Shown here: one piece after another, positions 8,911 through 18,763 of the stretch | Numbering within the stretch: the first letter of the stretch is position 1 | Layout: every line of letters begins with the position of its first letter | NCBI GenBank assembly: GCA_947458265.1 | Contig: CANGYF010000002.1 | Span: 121,797-185,796, forward strand | DNA length: 64,000 nt | Source: Betaproteobacteria bacterium | GTDB lineage: Bacteria > Pseudomonadota > Gammaproteobacteria > Burkholderiales > CAIKXV01 | Direction: 5' to 3' | Position numbers and translations under genes: made by a program | Notes under the pieces: model-generated | What the model was told of the DNA's origin: nothing | Seen by the model: the letters and a program-made list of their open reading frames with translations, nothing else | The model's database searches: none

Positions 8911-9381
8911 ATGACTCAGGAAGGACGACGGCGTGCGGCCCTGCAGGTCGCATGGGTGGACGAGGACGCCTGCATCGGCTGCACGATCTGCATCCAGAAG
9001 TGCCCGGTGGATGCGATCGTCGGCGCCAGCCGGCGCATGCACACCGTGCTGGCCGCCGAATGCATCGGCTGCCGCCTGTGCGTCGCGCCCTGCCCGGTCG
9101 ACTGCATCACCATGGTAGATCCGCCAGCGGGACTGGCCCGTCCCGATCCCGGCCAGGTGCGCGAACGCCATCGGTTCCGGCAGGTGCGGCTCGCGCGGGA
9201 ACCGGTCGAGCGCGCGGCACGCTTCGCCGAGAAGGCGCGCGCGAAGCTGGCCGGCATGGCGCTGGAACCCAAGGGTCCGGACAGCGGGCGCCACCGCGCA
9301 GTGGTCGAGCGCGCGCTGGCGCGGGCGCGCGAGCGCCTGGCCGCCGTGCCGCCCGGCGCACGACCGCCAGACACCGATTGA
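8911..9381 (+). CDS. RnfB/RsxB-like 2x[4Fe-4S] ferredoxin (short form)
   Basis: [19 protein letters not shown] and [16 protein letters not shown] motifs, basic helical tail. Confidence 0.85.
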   Translation: MTQEGRRRAALQVAWVDEDACIGCTICIQKCPVDAIVGASRRMHTVLAAECIGCRLCVAPCPVDCITMVDPPAGLARPDPGQVRERHRFRQVRLAREPVERAARFAEKARAKLAGMALEPKGPDSGRHRAVVERALARARERLAAVPPGARPPDTD

Positions 9382-9462
9382 CCGGGCCACGACCGGCCCG
9401 ACCGGCACGCGAGCCGGTCGCCATGGTGTAGCCTACGCGGGTTCATCGCACTGTCGACGCCC

Positions 9463-10854
9463 ATGCCTCGCAACCGTCCAGTACCTACGCCTGCTTCGCC
9501 CGTCCGCACCGCCCGTCCCGCATCGCCCCGCGCCGCGCATGGCCGCAGCCATGCGCGCACCAGGGCACTGCTTCCGGTCGCCCTGGGGCCGGACCACGGC
9601 CTGCACTTCGCTCGCGGGGTCGAGGCCGGGGGCTGGGTGTTCGCGACCGGCCAGATGGCGACCGACCCTGCCACGGGCAGCATCGCCGCCGACGTGCTGC
9701 GCAGCCGTTCCCCGCTGTCGGGCAAGCCGAAGCACCTGCTCGAATCGGCACGGGTGTTCGACAACCTGGAACAGGTACTTGCCGCCGGTGGCAGTTCCCT
9801 CGCGCGCATCGTGCGCAGCGACCAGTACTTCACGACCTGGGCCGCAGTCAGCCACTACCACACGGAACGGGTACGCCGGTTCCGGCCGCTGGTACCGCCG
9901 ACCACCTCGGTGCTGATGCCCGGCCTCCTGGTGGCCGGCGCAGACCTGGATGCGCAGTTCATCGCACTCTCGCCGCAGTCCGGCGCGGCGATCGAACCGA
10001 TCTATCCGCCGGGCCTGCACGTGCCTTCGACCTCCGGCTTCGCGCCCGTGGTGCGGGCCGGAGACTTCGTGTTCATCGCGGGTTTCATGGCTGCGCACCA
10101 GCCGGGGGACCTCGGCGGCATCGCTCCCGAAGCCAAGGTTCCCGATGGGCACCTGTGGAAAGGCACGCGCATCAAGCTCGAGGCCGAGTACGCCATGAAG
10201 GAGAAGATCGCGGTCGCACTGGAAGGTGCGGGCTCGTCGATCGCCTCGATGGTGAAGGCGCAGGTCTACCTGCGCGACATGCATGACCTGCCGGCGTTCA
10301 ACGAGGTCTGGGCGCGGTGGTTCCCCGAGCCCGCCACGCGTCCGGCGGTCAGCTACATCCCGACCTCGACGCCCGGTTTCGCGATCGAGGACGCCCGGCT
10401 GGAGATCAACGCGATCGGGCTGGTCGACGGCTGCCGGACCCGGCGCCGCAACATCGATGGCGGGTTCCATACCGGAATCGACGGACAGCCAGCCGCGGTC
10501 CTTGCCGGCGACCTGCTGTTCTGCTCAGCCCTGCTGGCCGCGGATGCCGACGGTGCGCTGGCCGGCTGCATTCCGGACCCGCGCCATCCCTGCTTCGGCT
10601 CGACGGTCGAGGCACAGGTCGACGCGATCGTGGACCGCGCGAGCGCGCTGTGCGAGGCGGCCGGCACCACGCTGCGAGACATGGTCCGGCTGCAGCTGTT
10701 CATGACCGATCTGTCCGGACTGGATGCCGCCTGGCGCGCGTTCCAGCGCCGCCTGCCCGGCCTCGACCTGCCGCTGTCCGCGGTGCAGGTGCCCGGGCCG
10801 CTGCCCGTGCCGGAATGCACGCTGATGGCGGACCTCTGGATCTACGCACCATGA
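9463..10854 (+). CDS. Protein with three tandem Rid (YjgF/RidA) domains
   Basis: Three repeats of the pattern AGxxxFxxG...xLxxAGSSL..xV (GWVFATGQ / DFVFIAGF / DLLFCSAL); domain 2 has VYLRDM...FNEVW; start uncertain. Confidence 0.8.
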   Translation: MPRNRPVPTPASPVRTARPASPRAAHGRSHARTRALLPVALGPDHGLHFARGVEAGGWVFATGQMATDPATGSIAADVLRSRSPLSGKPKHLLESARVFDNLEQVLAAGGSSLARIVRSDQYFTTWAAVSHYHTERVRRFRPLVPPTTSVLMPGLLVAGADLDAQFIALSPQSGAAIEPIYPPGLHVPSTSGFAPVVRAGDFVFIAGFMAAHQPGDLGGIAPEAKVPDGHLWKGTRIKLEAEYAMKEKIAVALEGAGSSIASMVKAQVYLRDMHDLPAFNEVWARWFPEPATRPAVSYIPTSTPGFAIEDARLEINAIGLVDGCRTRRRNIDGGFHTGIDGQPAAVLAGDLLFCSALLAADADGALAGCIPDPRHPCFGSTVEAQVDAIVDRASALCEAAGTTLRDMVRLQLFMTDLSGLDAAWRAFQRRLPGLDLPLSAVQVPGPLPVPECTLMADLWIYAP

Positions 10855-13800
10855 TCCGCCTGCCCTCCCCCGCACGACTGCGCAGGCTCGCGCTCTGGCT
10901 GGCCGGACTGTTCCTGCTGCTGGTGCTGGCAGGATTCTTCATCGTGCCGCCGGTCGCAAAGTCGCTGATCGTCAAGCAGGCCTCGAAGGCGCTCGGCCGT
11001 GAGGTCTCGATCGAGCGCATCGTGGTCAATCCGTTCGCGCTGTCGGCCACCGTATCCGGGTTCCGCCTGTACGAAGCCGGTTCGAAGGAGGTGTTCGCCT
11101 CGCTCGACGAGTTGTACGTCAACGTCGAGTCGAGTTCGATCTGGAACCTCGCACCGGTGGTCGGGGCAATCAGGGCCAGCGCACCGAAGGTGAAGATCGT
11201 CCGCCTGCCCGGCGATCGGTTCAACTTCACCGACATCCTCGAGACGCTCGCGAAGCGGCCCAAGAGCGAAGACAAGGTCCACTTCTCGCTCAACAACATC
11301 GAGCTGACGGGCGGCGAGATCGAGATCGACGACCGGATAGAGGATGCACGGCATTCGGTCACTGCGATCCGCCTCGGCATTCCGTTCCTGTCGAACCTGC
11401 CGGCCAAGGTGGCTCTGAAGGTGACGCCCTCCTTCGCGGCGAACTTCAACGGCACCGACGTCGAGCTGAAAGGCGAGACCGTACCGTTCCAGGACACGCT
11501 CGAGAGCTCGCTGCAGCTGTCGCTCGACCGGCTGGCCATCGGGCGCTACCTGCGCTACGTGCCGGCGACCCTCGCGTTCGACATCCCGTCCGGGACGCTC
11601 GACACCGACCTGCGCCTGAACTTCATGCGTGCTGCCGGGAAACCCGCGCGGCTCACCGTTTCCGGCACCGCGCAGCTGCGCGACCTGTCGGTGGTCGACG
11701 CCGCCAGGGCGCCACTGCTGGCGCTGCCGCTGCTCGATGTCGACATCGAATCGATCGACGTGTTCGCCCGCAACATCGACATCTCGATGATCGCGCTCAA
11801 CGGGCTGTCGGTCGATGTCGTGCGCGGCCGCGACGGCGCACTCAACCTGGGCGCGCTCGCCCCGCGGCCGGAGAAGACAGCCAACGCGCCGGCCACTGCA
11901 CCGCCGCCGAAGGCCGCCGCGGCGCCTCAGCCAGTCCTCTACACCGTGAACCAGTTCGCCCTCGACGATGCGCGGGTCGTGTTCACCGACCGCACTCAGC
12001 CGGCGCCCTTCCGCACGGAACTGGCGGACATCGACCTCTCGGTCGCGGGCCTTTCGAACGAACGCCCGGATCCGGCCACGGTCAAGGGCGCCATTCGTAC
12101 CGCGTTCGGCGAAACGCTTGCGCTCACGGCCATGGTCACGCCCGGGCCCGTCACCGCCGAGGGCACGCTCGAGCTCGCCGGTGTACGGCCGCGCAACTAT
12201 GCACCGTACTACGCACGGTTCATCCGGTTCGAGGTCGACGAGGCGAAGGTCGCGATGGGCACGCGCTTCCGTGTCGCAGCCGCGGGCGATCGTGTCGATG
12301 CGGGGCTGCAGGGGCTGTCACTGTCGATCGCCGACCTGCGTACCCGGCGCAGCGGCGACAAGGAGCCGCTGGTGAACATCGGCCTGCTGGCACTGAAGGA
12401 TGTCGACGTGGACCTGGGCCGCCGCGCTGCGACGGTCGGCGAGTTCACCGCGCGCGACGGCGTCGTGCGTATCGATCGCGCGAAGGATGGCCGACTGAAC
12501 CTGGCGTCGCTGGTCGAGGACTCCGCAGCCCCTTCCGGCCCGTCCCCGGTCCCTGCCGCCCAGGCCGCTGCCCCTGCCACCGCTGAGGCGCCCGCCGCGC
12601 AGCCGTGGACCTGGGCGTTGCGCCGTGCCGCGATCGACCGCTTCAACGTGCGCTTCGACGACCGCATGCCCGGCGACCCGGTGGCGATCGAGCTGTCGGA
12701 CCTGGGGGCGACCGTCGAGGACCTGTCCAGTGCGAAGGGCTCGCGCGCGAAGGCCTCGCTCAAGACCGCGATCAACCGCACGGGAACCCTGGCGGCGCGG
12801 GGCCAGTTCGCGCTCGACCCGATGACGGCCAGCATCGACCTCGATGCGCGCTCGATCGCCTTCCTGCCGCTGCAGCCCTATGTCACCGAACGGCTGAACA
12901 TCGTCGTCACCGGCGGCGACGTGTCGGCGAAGGGGTCGATCAATGCCGACCTCTCGGTGAATCCACCACGGGCCGGTTTCGCCGGTGAAGTCAACATCGC
13001 GAACTTCGCCGCCCTGGAACGGCTGACCAGCGAGGAACTGCTGCGCTGGAAGTCGCTGTTCTTCGGCGCGGTCAACGTGACGGTGGGGCCGACGCAGGTC
13101 GCCATCGGCGAGATCGCCCTGTCCGATTTCTTCGCACGGATCATCCTGTCGGACAAGGGCAGGCTGAACCTGCAGGACATCGTCCGCGCTGACCCGGCTG
13201 CCGTATCCACGACCCCAGCGACGACACCGGCGACGGCGGCAGCGAAGGCGGGCGCGTCGGCGGCGTCCCCTGCGCCACCGGCCGGGCCGGCGGGCGCGCG
13301 CCCTGCCCCTGTGCCGGCTGCCGCGGGCGCACCGTTCCCGGTGAAGATCGGCCGCATCTCGCTCGCGTCCGGAAACATCAACTTCTCCGACTTCTTCGTC
13401 CGGCCGAACTTCCGGCTCAACCTCACCGGCATGACCGGCAGCATATCCGCGCTCACCTCCGAGCCGGGCACCGCGGCAGATCTGGAACTGCGCGGCCAGC
13501 TCGACGGCAGCGCACCGGTCGAGATCGTCGGCCGACTGAATCCGATCGCCAGCCCGCTCCTGGTCGACCTCAAGGGCGCGGTACGCGGCGCCGAGCTCTC
13601 CACGCTGTCGTCCTACTCGACCAAGTACACCGGCTACGGCATCGAGCGCGGCCGGCTGACGCTGAACATCGCCTACAAGGTTGAAGGCCGCAAGGTGAAC
13701 GCGGAACACCGGATCTTCCTCGACCAGCTCACCTTCAGCACCGAGCGCATCGAAGGTCCCTCGGTGGTCAAGCTGCCGGTCCTGTTCGCCGTGCGCCTGC

Positions 13801-14534
13801 TGCAGAACCGGCGCGGCGAGATCGACCTCAACCTGCCGATCAGCGGCACGCTGGACGATCCACAGTTCCGCATCGGCCCCATCATCTGGCAGGTGGTGGT
13901 CAACCTGATCACGCGCGCGGTGACCGCGCCGTTCTCGCTGCTTGCCTCGCTTGGCGGCGGCAGCGCCGAGGAAATGTCGGTGGTGGAGTTCGAGCCGGGC
14001 CGGGCCGTTCTGACGGAGGCAGCTCAGAAGCGCCTGGCCACGCTGGGCAAGGCGCTGGCAGACCGTCCTTCCCTGCGGCTGGAACTCGCCGGAGGTGTCG
14101 ATACCGAGCGCGATCGAGAGGGCCTGCGCCGAGCGCAGCTCGACACGGCGGTGCGTGCACAGAAGGCACGCGAGCTTTCGCGGCGGGGCGAGGCAGTGGC
14201 CGGGCTCGACGCGGTCAGGCTGGAGCCGAAGGAGTACGAAACCTATCTGCGCGCGGCCTACCGGGACGCGAAGTTCCCGAAACCGCGCAACGCGATCGGG
14301 ATGCTGCGCGAACTGCCTGCACCCGAGATGGAAACGCTGATGCTGACCAACACCGCGGTGTCGCCGGAAGACCTGCGCGACCTGGCCACTGCGCGCGCAC
14401 GGGCGGTCGAGACCTACCTGGTGAAGGAATCTGCACTCTCCCCCGAGCGCATCTTCCTGGTGCCGGCCAAGCCCGCCGCCGATGGCGCGAAGGCAAAGTT
14501 GCCTGCCTCGCGCGTCGACCTTTCCATCCGCTAG
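10851..14534 (+). CDS. DUF748 repeat envelope protein with OmpA-like C-terminal region
   Basis: N-terminal anchor, [22 protein letters not shown], repeated beta-taco-like segments, [36 protein letters not shown]; ATG overlaps the upstream stop. Confidence 0.85.
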   Translation: MIRLPSPARLRRLALWLAGLFLLLVLAGFFIVPPVAKSLIVKQASKALGREVSIERIVVNPFALSATVSGFRLYEAGSKEVFASLDELYVNVESSSIWNLAPVVGAIRASAPKVKIVRLPGDRFNFTDILETLAKRPKSEDKVHFSLNNIELTGGEIEIDDRIEDARHSVTAIRLGIPFLSNLPAKVALKVTPSFAANFNGTDVELKGETVPFQDTLESSLQLSLDRLAIGRYLRYVPATLAFDIPSGTLDTDLRLNFMRAAGKPARLTVSGTAQLRDLSVVDAARAPLLALPLLDVDIESIDVFARNIDISMIALNGLSVDVVRGRDGALNLGALAPRPEKTANAPATAPPPKAAAAPQPVLYTVNQFALDDARVVFTDRTQPAPFRTELADIDLSVAGLSNERPDPATVKGAIRTAFGETLALTAMVTPGPVTAEGTLELAGVRPRNYAPYYARFIRFEVDEAKVAMGTRFRVAAAGDRVDAGLQGLSLSIADLRTRRSGDKEPLVNIGLLALKDVDVDLGRRAATVGEFTARDGVVRIDRAKDGRLNLASLVEDSAAPSGPSPVPAAQAAAPATAEAPAAQPWTWALRRAAIDRFNVRFDDRMPGDPVAIELSDLGATVEDLSSAKGSRAKASLKTAINRTGTLAARGQFALDPMTASIDLDARSIAFLPLQPYVTERLNIVVTGGDVSAKGSINADLSVNPPRAGFAGEVNIANFAALERLTSEELLRWKSLFFGAVNVTVGPTQVAIGEIALSDFFARIILSDKGRLNLQDIVRADPAAVSTTPATTPATAAAKAGASAASPAPPAGPAGARPAPVPAAAGAPFPVKIGRISLASGNINFSDFFVRPNFRLNLTGMTGSISALTSEPGTAADLELRGQLDGSAPVEIVGRLNPIASPLLVDLKGAVRGAELSTLSSYSTKYTGYGIERGRLTLNIAYKVEGRKVNAEHRIFLDQLTFSTERIEGPSVVKLPVLFAVRLLQNRRGEIDLNLPISGTLDDPQFRIGPIIWQVVVNLITRAVTAPFSLLASLGGGSAEEMSVVEFEPGRAVLTEAAQKRLATLGKALADRPSLRLELAGGVDTERDREGLRRAQLDTAVRAQKARELSRRGEAVAGLDAVRLEPKEYETYLRAAYRDAKFPKPRNAIGMLRELPAPEMETLMLTNTAVSPEDLRDLATARARAVETYLVKESALSPERIFLVPAKPAADGAKAKLPASRVDLSIR

Positions 14535-14547
14535 CCGGCAACGCCCC

Positions 14548-15282
14548 GTGGAAGAGAAGACCCGGGTATCGAAGCTGATGGCGGCGCAGGGACTCTGCTC
14601 CCGGCGAGAGGCCGACACCTACATCGAGCGCGGCTGGGTCAGCGTCGATGGCGTCGTCATCACGGAACTGGGCACGCGCATCCTGCCGCAGCAGAAGATC
14701 ACCCTCTCGCCGGCGGCGGCTGCGAAGCAGCATGAGCGGGTAACCGTGCTGCTCAACAAGCCGATCGGCTACGTGTCCGCCCAGGCCGAGGCCGGCTACA
14801 AGCCGGCGGTCGTGCTGGTCACCGCCGCCACGCGCTGCACCACCGATCGTGCCCCGCTGCGCTTCGAGCAGGCCCACCTGCGCGGCCTGGCGCCCGCCGG
14901 TCGGCTCGACATCGACTCCACCGGGCTGCTGGTCCTGACCCAGGACGGACGCATCGCGCGCCAGCTGATCGGCGCCGACAGCGAGATCGAGAAGGAATAC
15001 CTGGTGCGGGTCTCGGGCAGGCTGTCCAGCGAAGGCATGGCGCTGCTGAACCACGGGCTGAGCCTCGACGGTGTGGTGCTGAAGCCGGCCAGGGTCGCCT
15101 GGCAGAACGACGACCAGTTGCGCTTCGTGCTGCATGAAGGGCGCAAGCGGCAGATCCGCCGCATGTGCGAGCTGGTCGGCCTGCGCGTGACCGGACTCAA
15201 GCGGGTGCGCATCGGCAAGGTGCGCCTCGGGGACCTGCCGATCGGACAGTGGCGCTACCTCGCCCCCGGCGAACGGTTCTGA
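14548..15282 (+). CDS. rRNA pseudouridine synthase, RsuA/RluB/RluF family, with S4 domain
   Basis: [37 protein letters not shown] motifs; GTG start chosen. Confidence 0.93.
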   Translation: MEEKTRVSKLMAAQGLCSRREADTYIERGWVSVDGVVITELGTRILPQQKITLSPAAAAKQHERVTVLLNKPIGYVSAQAEAGYKPAVVLVTAATRCTTDRAPLRFEQAHLRGLAPAGRLDIDSTGLLVLTQDGRIARQLIGADSEIEKEYLVRVSGRLSSEGMALLNHGLSLDGVVLKPARVAWQNDDQLRFVLHEGRKRQIRRMCELVGLRVTGLKRVRIGKVRLGDLPIGQWRYLAPGERF

Positions 15283-15327
15283 GCCGCGCGCGAGGGCCGT
15301 GCAAGGCTGCAGTGCCGGCCGCGCAGC

Positions 15328-15333
15328 TATAAT
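15328..15333 (+). promoter_or_regulatory. Putative sigma70 -10 (TATAAT) upstream of the CoA-transferase/nth unit
   Basis: Perfect TATAAT in a GC-rich intergenic gap, ~40 bp before the ATG. Confidence 0.5.
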
Positions 15334-15374
15334 CCGCCTCCCGGTTAGTCCGACCGCTAGCGGAGCAGAAAACG

Positions 15375-16586
15375 ATGGCCCTTCCCCTCGATGGCGTGAA
15401 AGTGATCGACCTGACCAACGTGCTGGCAGGGCCGTTCTGCACGATGACCATGTCAGACATGGGCGCGGAGGTGCTGAAGGTCGAGAACTTCCCCGAGGGC
15501 GACCTGTCGCGCCGCCTGTCGCCGAAGATCAACGACGAGAGCTACTGCTTCGCGATGGTCAACCGCAACAAGCGCAGCATCGGCCTCGACCTGAAGAGCC
15601 CGCGCGGCAAGGAAGTGTTCATGAAGCTCGCCGCCGGTGCCGACGTGATCCTCGAGAACATGCGGCCGGATGCGAAGTTCCACATGGGCGTCGACTACGA
15701 GTCGGTGAAGAAGGTCAACGACAAGATCATCTATGCGTCGATCTCCGGCTTCGGCCAGACCGGCCCCTATGCGAAGAAGGGTGGCTACGACATCGTCGCC
15801 CAGGGCATCACCGGCATCATGCGCATGACCGGCGAGCCGGGCGGCCGGCCGGCCAAGGTCGGCATCGCGATGAACGACGTCGCCGGCGGCATCACCGCGC
15901 TCTACGCCATCCTGGCGGCCTACATCCACCGGCTGCGCACCGGCGAAGGCCAGTACCTGGAGACCTCGCTGGTCGATGCCGGCCTGGCCTGGATGATGTG
16001 GGAGACGGCGGCGTTCTTCGGGGCAGGCGAAGTGGCGATGGCCAACGGCACCCGCCACCGGCGCTCGGCACCCTACCAGGCCTTCCGCACCGCCGACGGC
16101 TACGTGACGGTCGGCGCGAACAGCGAGAAGATGTGGGCGAGCTTCTGCAACGACGTGCTTGCGCGCCCTGAGCTGCTCCAGGACGAACGCTTCAAGGGCC
16201 TGCAGAACCGGGTGGCCAACGTCGATGCATTGCAGGACGAGATCGAGAAGGTGCTCTCGACGCAGCCCACGGCGCACTGGGTTCCGCTGCTCGACAAGGC
16301 GGCGGTACCGGGCGGCCCGGTGTATACCTTCGACGAGACGGTGGAAGACCCGCACATCAAGGCACGCGAGATGTTCTTCGACGTCGAGCACCCGATCATC
16401 GGCAAGATGAAGAACATCGGCTACCCGGTGAAGTTCTCGCGCACGCCACAGCAGTTCCGGTCCGCGGCGCCATGGCTCGGGCAGCACACCACCGACGTGC
16501 TCACCGAACTGGGCTATCCGGCCGACCAGATCGACGCGCTGTTCGCCGATTCGATCGTGTTCGACAAGCACCGCAAGACCGCCTGA
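15375..16586 (+). CDS. Class III CoA-transferase (CaiB/BaiF)
   Basis: PLDGVKVIDL, AGPFC, GAEVLKVE, NRNKRSIGLDLK, ISGFGQTGPY, catalytic Asp in AMNDVAGG. Confidence 0.93.
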   Translation: MALPLDGVKVIDLTNVLAGPFCTMTMSDMGAEVLKVENFPEGDLSRRLSPKINDESYCFAMVNRNKRSIGLDLKSPRGKEVFMKLAAGADVILENMRPDAKFHMGVDYESVKKVNDKIIYASISGFGQTGPYAKKGGYDIVAQGITGIMRMTGEPGGRPAKVGIAMNDVAGGITALYAILAAYIHRLRTGEGQYLETSLVDAGLAWMMWETAAFFGAGEVAMANGTRHRRSAPYQAFRTADGYVTVGANSEKMWASFCNDVLARPELLQDERFKGLQNRVANVDALQDEIEKVLSTQPTAHWVPLLDKAAVPGGPVYTFDETVEDPHIKAREMFFDVEHPIIGKMKNIGYPVKFSRTPQQFRSAAPWLGQHTTDVLTELGYPADQIDALFADSIVFDKHRKTA

Positions 16587-16608
16587 CCAGGAACGGAGCG
16601 GGCCTGCA

Positions 16609-17250
16609 GTGAACCCGGCAAAGCGGCGCGCGATCTTCGAGCGGTTCGCACAGGCCAACCCGCATCCGAAGGGCGAGCTCGACTGGCAGACGCCTTTCCA
16701 GTTGCTGGTCGCGGTGATCCTGTCGGCTCAGGCGACCGACCGCAGCGTGAACCTCGCCACCGCCCCGCTGTTCCGCGATGCCCCCGGGCCACGCGAGATG
16801 CTGGCGCTCGGCGAGGCGGGCATCGAACACTACATCCGCACCATCGGACTGTTCCGCTCGAAAGCAAAGCACGTGGCCCAGACCTGCGCGATCCTGCTCG
16901 CCGAGCATGGCGGCGAGGTCCCCGACGACCGGGAGGCCCTGGAAAGGCTGCCCGGCGTGGGGCGCAAGACCGCCAACGTGATCCTCAACATCGCCTTCGG
17001 CCATCCGACGATCGCCGTCGACACGCACCTGTTCCGGCTCGGCAATCGCATCCCGCTCGCACCGGGCAAGACGCCGCTCGAAGTGGAACGCAGGCTGCTG
17101 AAGTTCGTGCCGCCCGAGTACCTGCAGCATGCACACCACTGGCTGATCCTCCATGGCCGGTACGTCTGCAAGGCGGTGCGCCCCGACTGCCCGAACTGCC
17201 TGATCAGCGACCTCTGCGAGTACCGGGGGAAGACGCAGGCCCCGGCGTGA
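16609..17250 (+). CDS. nth: Endonuclease III
   Basis: LLVAVILSAQATD, HhH LPGVGRKTANV, VDTH, C-X6-C-X2-C-X5-C Fe-S motif. Confidence 0.97.
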   Translation: MNPAKRRAIFERFAQANPHPKGELDWQTPFQLLVAVILSAQATDRSVNLATAPLFRDAPGPREMLALGEAGIEHYIRTIGLFRSKAKHVAQTCAILLAEHGGEVPDDREALERLPGVGRKTANVILNIAFGHPTIAVDTHLFRLGNRIPLAPGKTPLEVERRLLKFVPPEYLQHAHHWLILHGRYVCKAVRPDCPNCLISDLCEYRGKTQAPA

Positions 17251-17252
17251 GC

Positions 17253-17678
17253 ATGTTCCAGCCCACGCGCGACGAGGCGCGCACCTTCCTCGCCGAGGCC
17301 TGGCGCAAGCACCGGTCACGCGAGCCGCTGACGCCGCTCGAGGCCATCACCGCGGACATCGTCGCCGCCCATCCTGAGTACCACCTGCTGCTGGAAACGG
17401 CACAGGCAGGGGAGTCACCCGAGGCCCTGTCCGAGGGCGGCGAAGCCAACCCGTTCCTGCATCTGCACCTGCACCTTGCGCTGGCAGAGCAGTTGTCGAT
17501 CGACCAGCCACCCGGCATTCTGGCCGTGTACCAGCGACTGCTGGCGCGCCATGGAGAACCAATGGCGGCCCAGCACGCGGCAATCGAGTGCCTCGCCGAA
17601 ACGCTTTGGCGTGCCCAGCGGGACAATATGCCGCCGGATGGGGAAGCCTACCTCGAATGCCTGCGCAGACGCGCCTGA
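17253..17678 (+). CDS. DUF1841 family protein
   Basis: MFQPTRDEAR...HPEYH...NPFLHL.LHLAL.EQLSIDQPPGI...YLECL. Confidence 0.88.
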   Translation: MFQPTRDEARTFLAEAWRKHRSREPLTPLEAITADIVAAHPEYHLLLETAQAGESPEALSEGGEANPFLHLHLHLALAEQLSIDQPPGILAVYQRLLARHGEPMAAQHAAIECLAETLWRAQRDNMPPDGEAYLECLRRRA

Positions 17679-17715
17679 AGCCGCGCGGCGGCGCAGTCGC
17701 TGCGCGCTGCGTCTG

Positions 17716-18108
17716 CTACTGGCGAATGACGGACAGCGGCCCCTTCTGGCGCGCATAGAAGGCGGACAGGTCGCGGAAGTCCTGTTCGGTCAGGTTGCCG
17801 ATCTGGCCACTCATGATCGCGTTCTTGCGTGCACCGTTGCGGTAGGACCGCAGGGAATACACCAGGTAGTCTTCGTGCTGTCCTGCCAGCCGCGGGAAGT
17901 TCGGTGCGATGCTGTTGCCATCGGGACCATGGCAGGCCGCGCAGGGCTTGGACAGTTCCGCGCCACGCTGCACGTTCTGCGCGGAGACCGGCGCAGCCAG
18001 CAGCGCACAGGACACGCCGGCGACGAGTGCCAGGTGCGCGGTGGAGCCAGCGAAGACACGGACGGCACGAACGGCGGATCGGATCGGGTTCATCTTGGTC
18101 ATGTTCAT
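17716..18108 (-). CDS. Monoheme cytochrome c (c553/c4-like)
   Basis: Signal peptide, CAACH, PRLAGQ, RKNAIM axial Met. Confidence 0.9.
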   Translation of the reverse strand: MNMTKMNPIRSAVRAVRVFAGSTAHLALVAGVSCALLAAPVSAQNVQRGAELSKPCAACHGPDGNSIAPNFPRLAGQHEDYLVYSLRSYRNGARKNAIMSGQIGNLTEQDFRDLSAFYARQKGPLSVIRQ

Positions 18109-18473
18109 TTGCCGGCCGCCGGGGCCGGACGCAGGCCGCCCTGCCCGTAGAAGGCTGCCAGATCGGCCATTGCCTGGTCGGTCAGTGCCGACGCGATCGC
18201 ACGCATGGTCGGATGGCTGCGCTCGCCGCTGCGATAGGCCTGCAGCGCGGACAGGATGTATTCGGGATGCTGGTTGCCGATCTTCGGGAAGTGGAAGACC
18301 TCGGGATAGGCGTTGCGCAGGCCGCTGATGCCATGGCAGCCGGCACACATGGCTGCCCGCTGTGCACCCACCTTCGCATCGCCGGTCGGCGACTGCGCCG
18401 ACACCGGAACGGCCACCGTGCCGAGCAGGATGGCTGCAAGGCCGATGAAACTGGCGTTGACTGCATTCTTCAT
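18105..18473 (-). CDS. Monoheme cytochrome c (c553/c4-like)
   Basis: Signal peptide, CAGCH, PKIGNQ, HPTM axial Met; stop overlaps the next start. Confidence 0.9.
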   Translation of the reverse strand: MKNAVNASFIGLAAILLGTVAVPVSAQSPTGDAKVGAQRAAMCAGCHGISGLRNAYPEVFHFPKIGNQHPEYILSALQAYRSGERSHPTMRAIASALTDQAMADLAAFYGQGGLRPAPAAGK

Positions 18474-18763
18474 CGCTACACTGCTTTCTCGTACCGCAAA
18501 GTGGCACGGACTTTAATGGAATCGGGGGTATACGGTCAATCGAGCCCTTGCAACGGTTTCACCCGCTGCGCCAGCCTGTACATCGACCCGGTTTGCCCGG
18601 GCCCGCGCCTTGCTCGATAATCGGGCAGGGACGGATGCCGTGGGTGATTTGCCATGCCGGTGACTCGCACTGCCTGCTTGCAGTGCCGTCCCGCCACCGT
18701 CCCTCGGGACATCCGGATACCGTGAGCTTGATTTTAACCGATTCGAACGCTGCGCCCCGCGGC

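Noticed and set aside
13200-13330. Ala/Pro-rich repetitive DNA inside the DUF748 gene
   Set aside because: Ordinary low-complexity interdomain linker.
18728-18741. TTGAT-TTTA-ACCGA, a possible FNR box before sulP
   Set aside because: Only one half-site matches, and it may lie inside the coding region.
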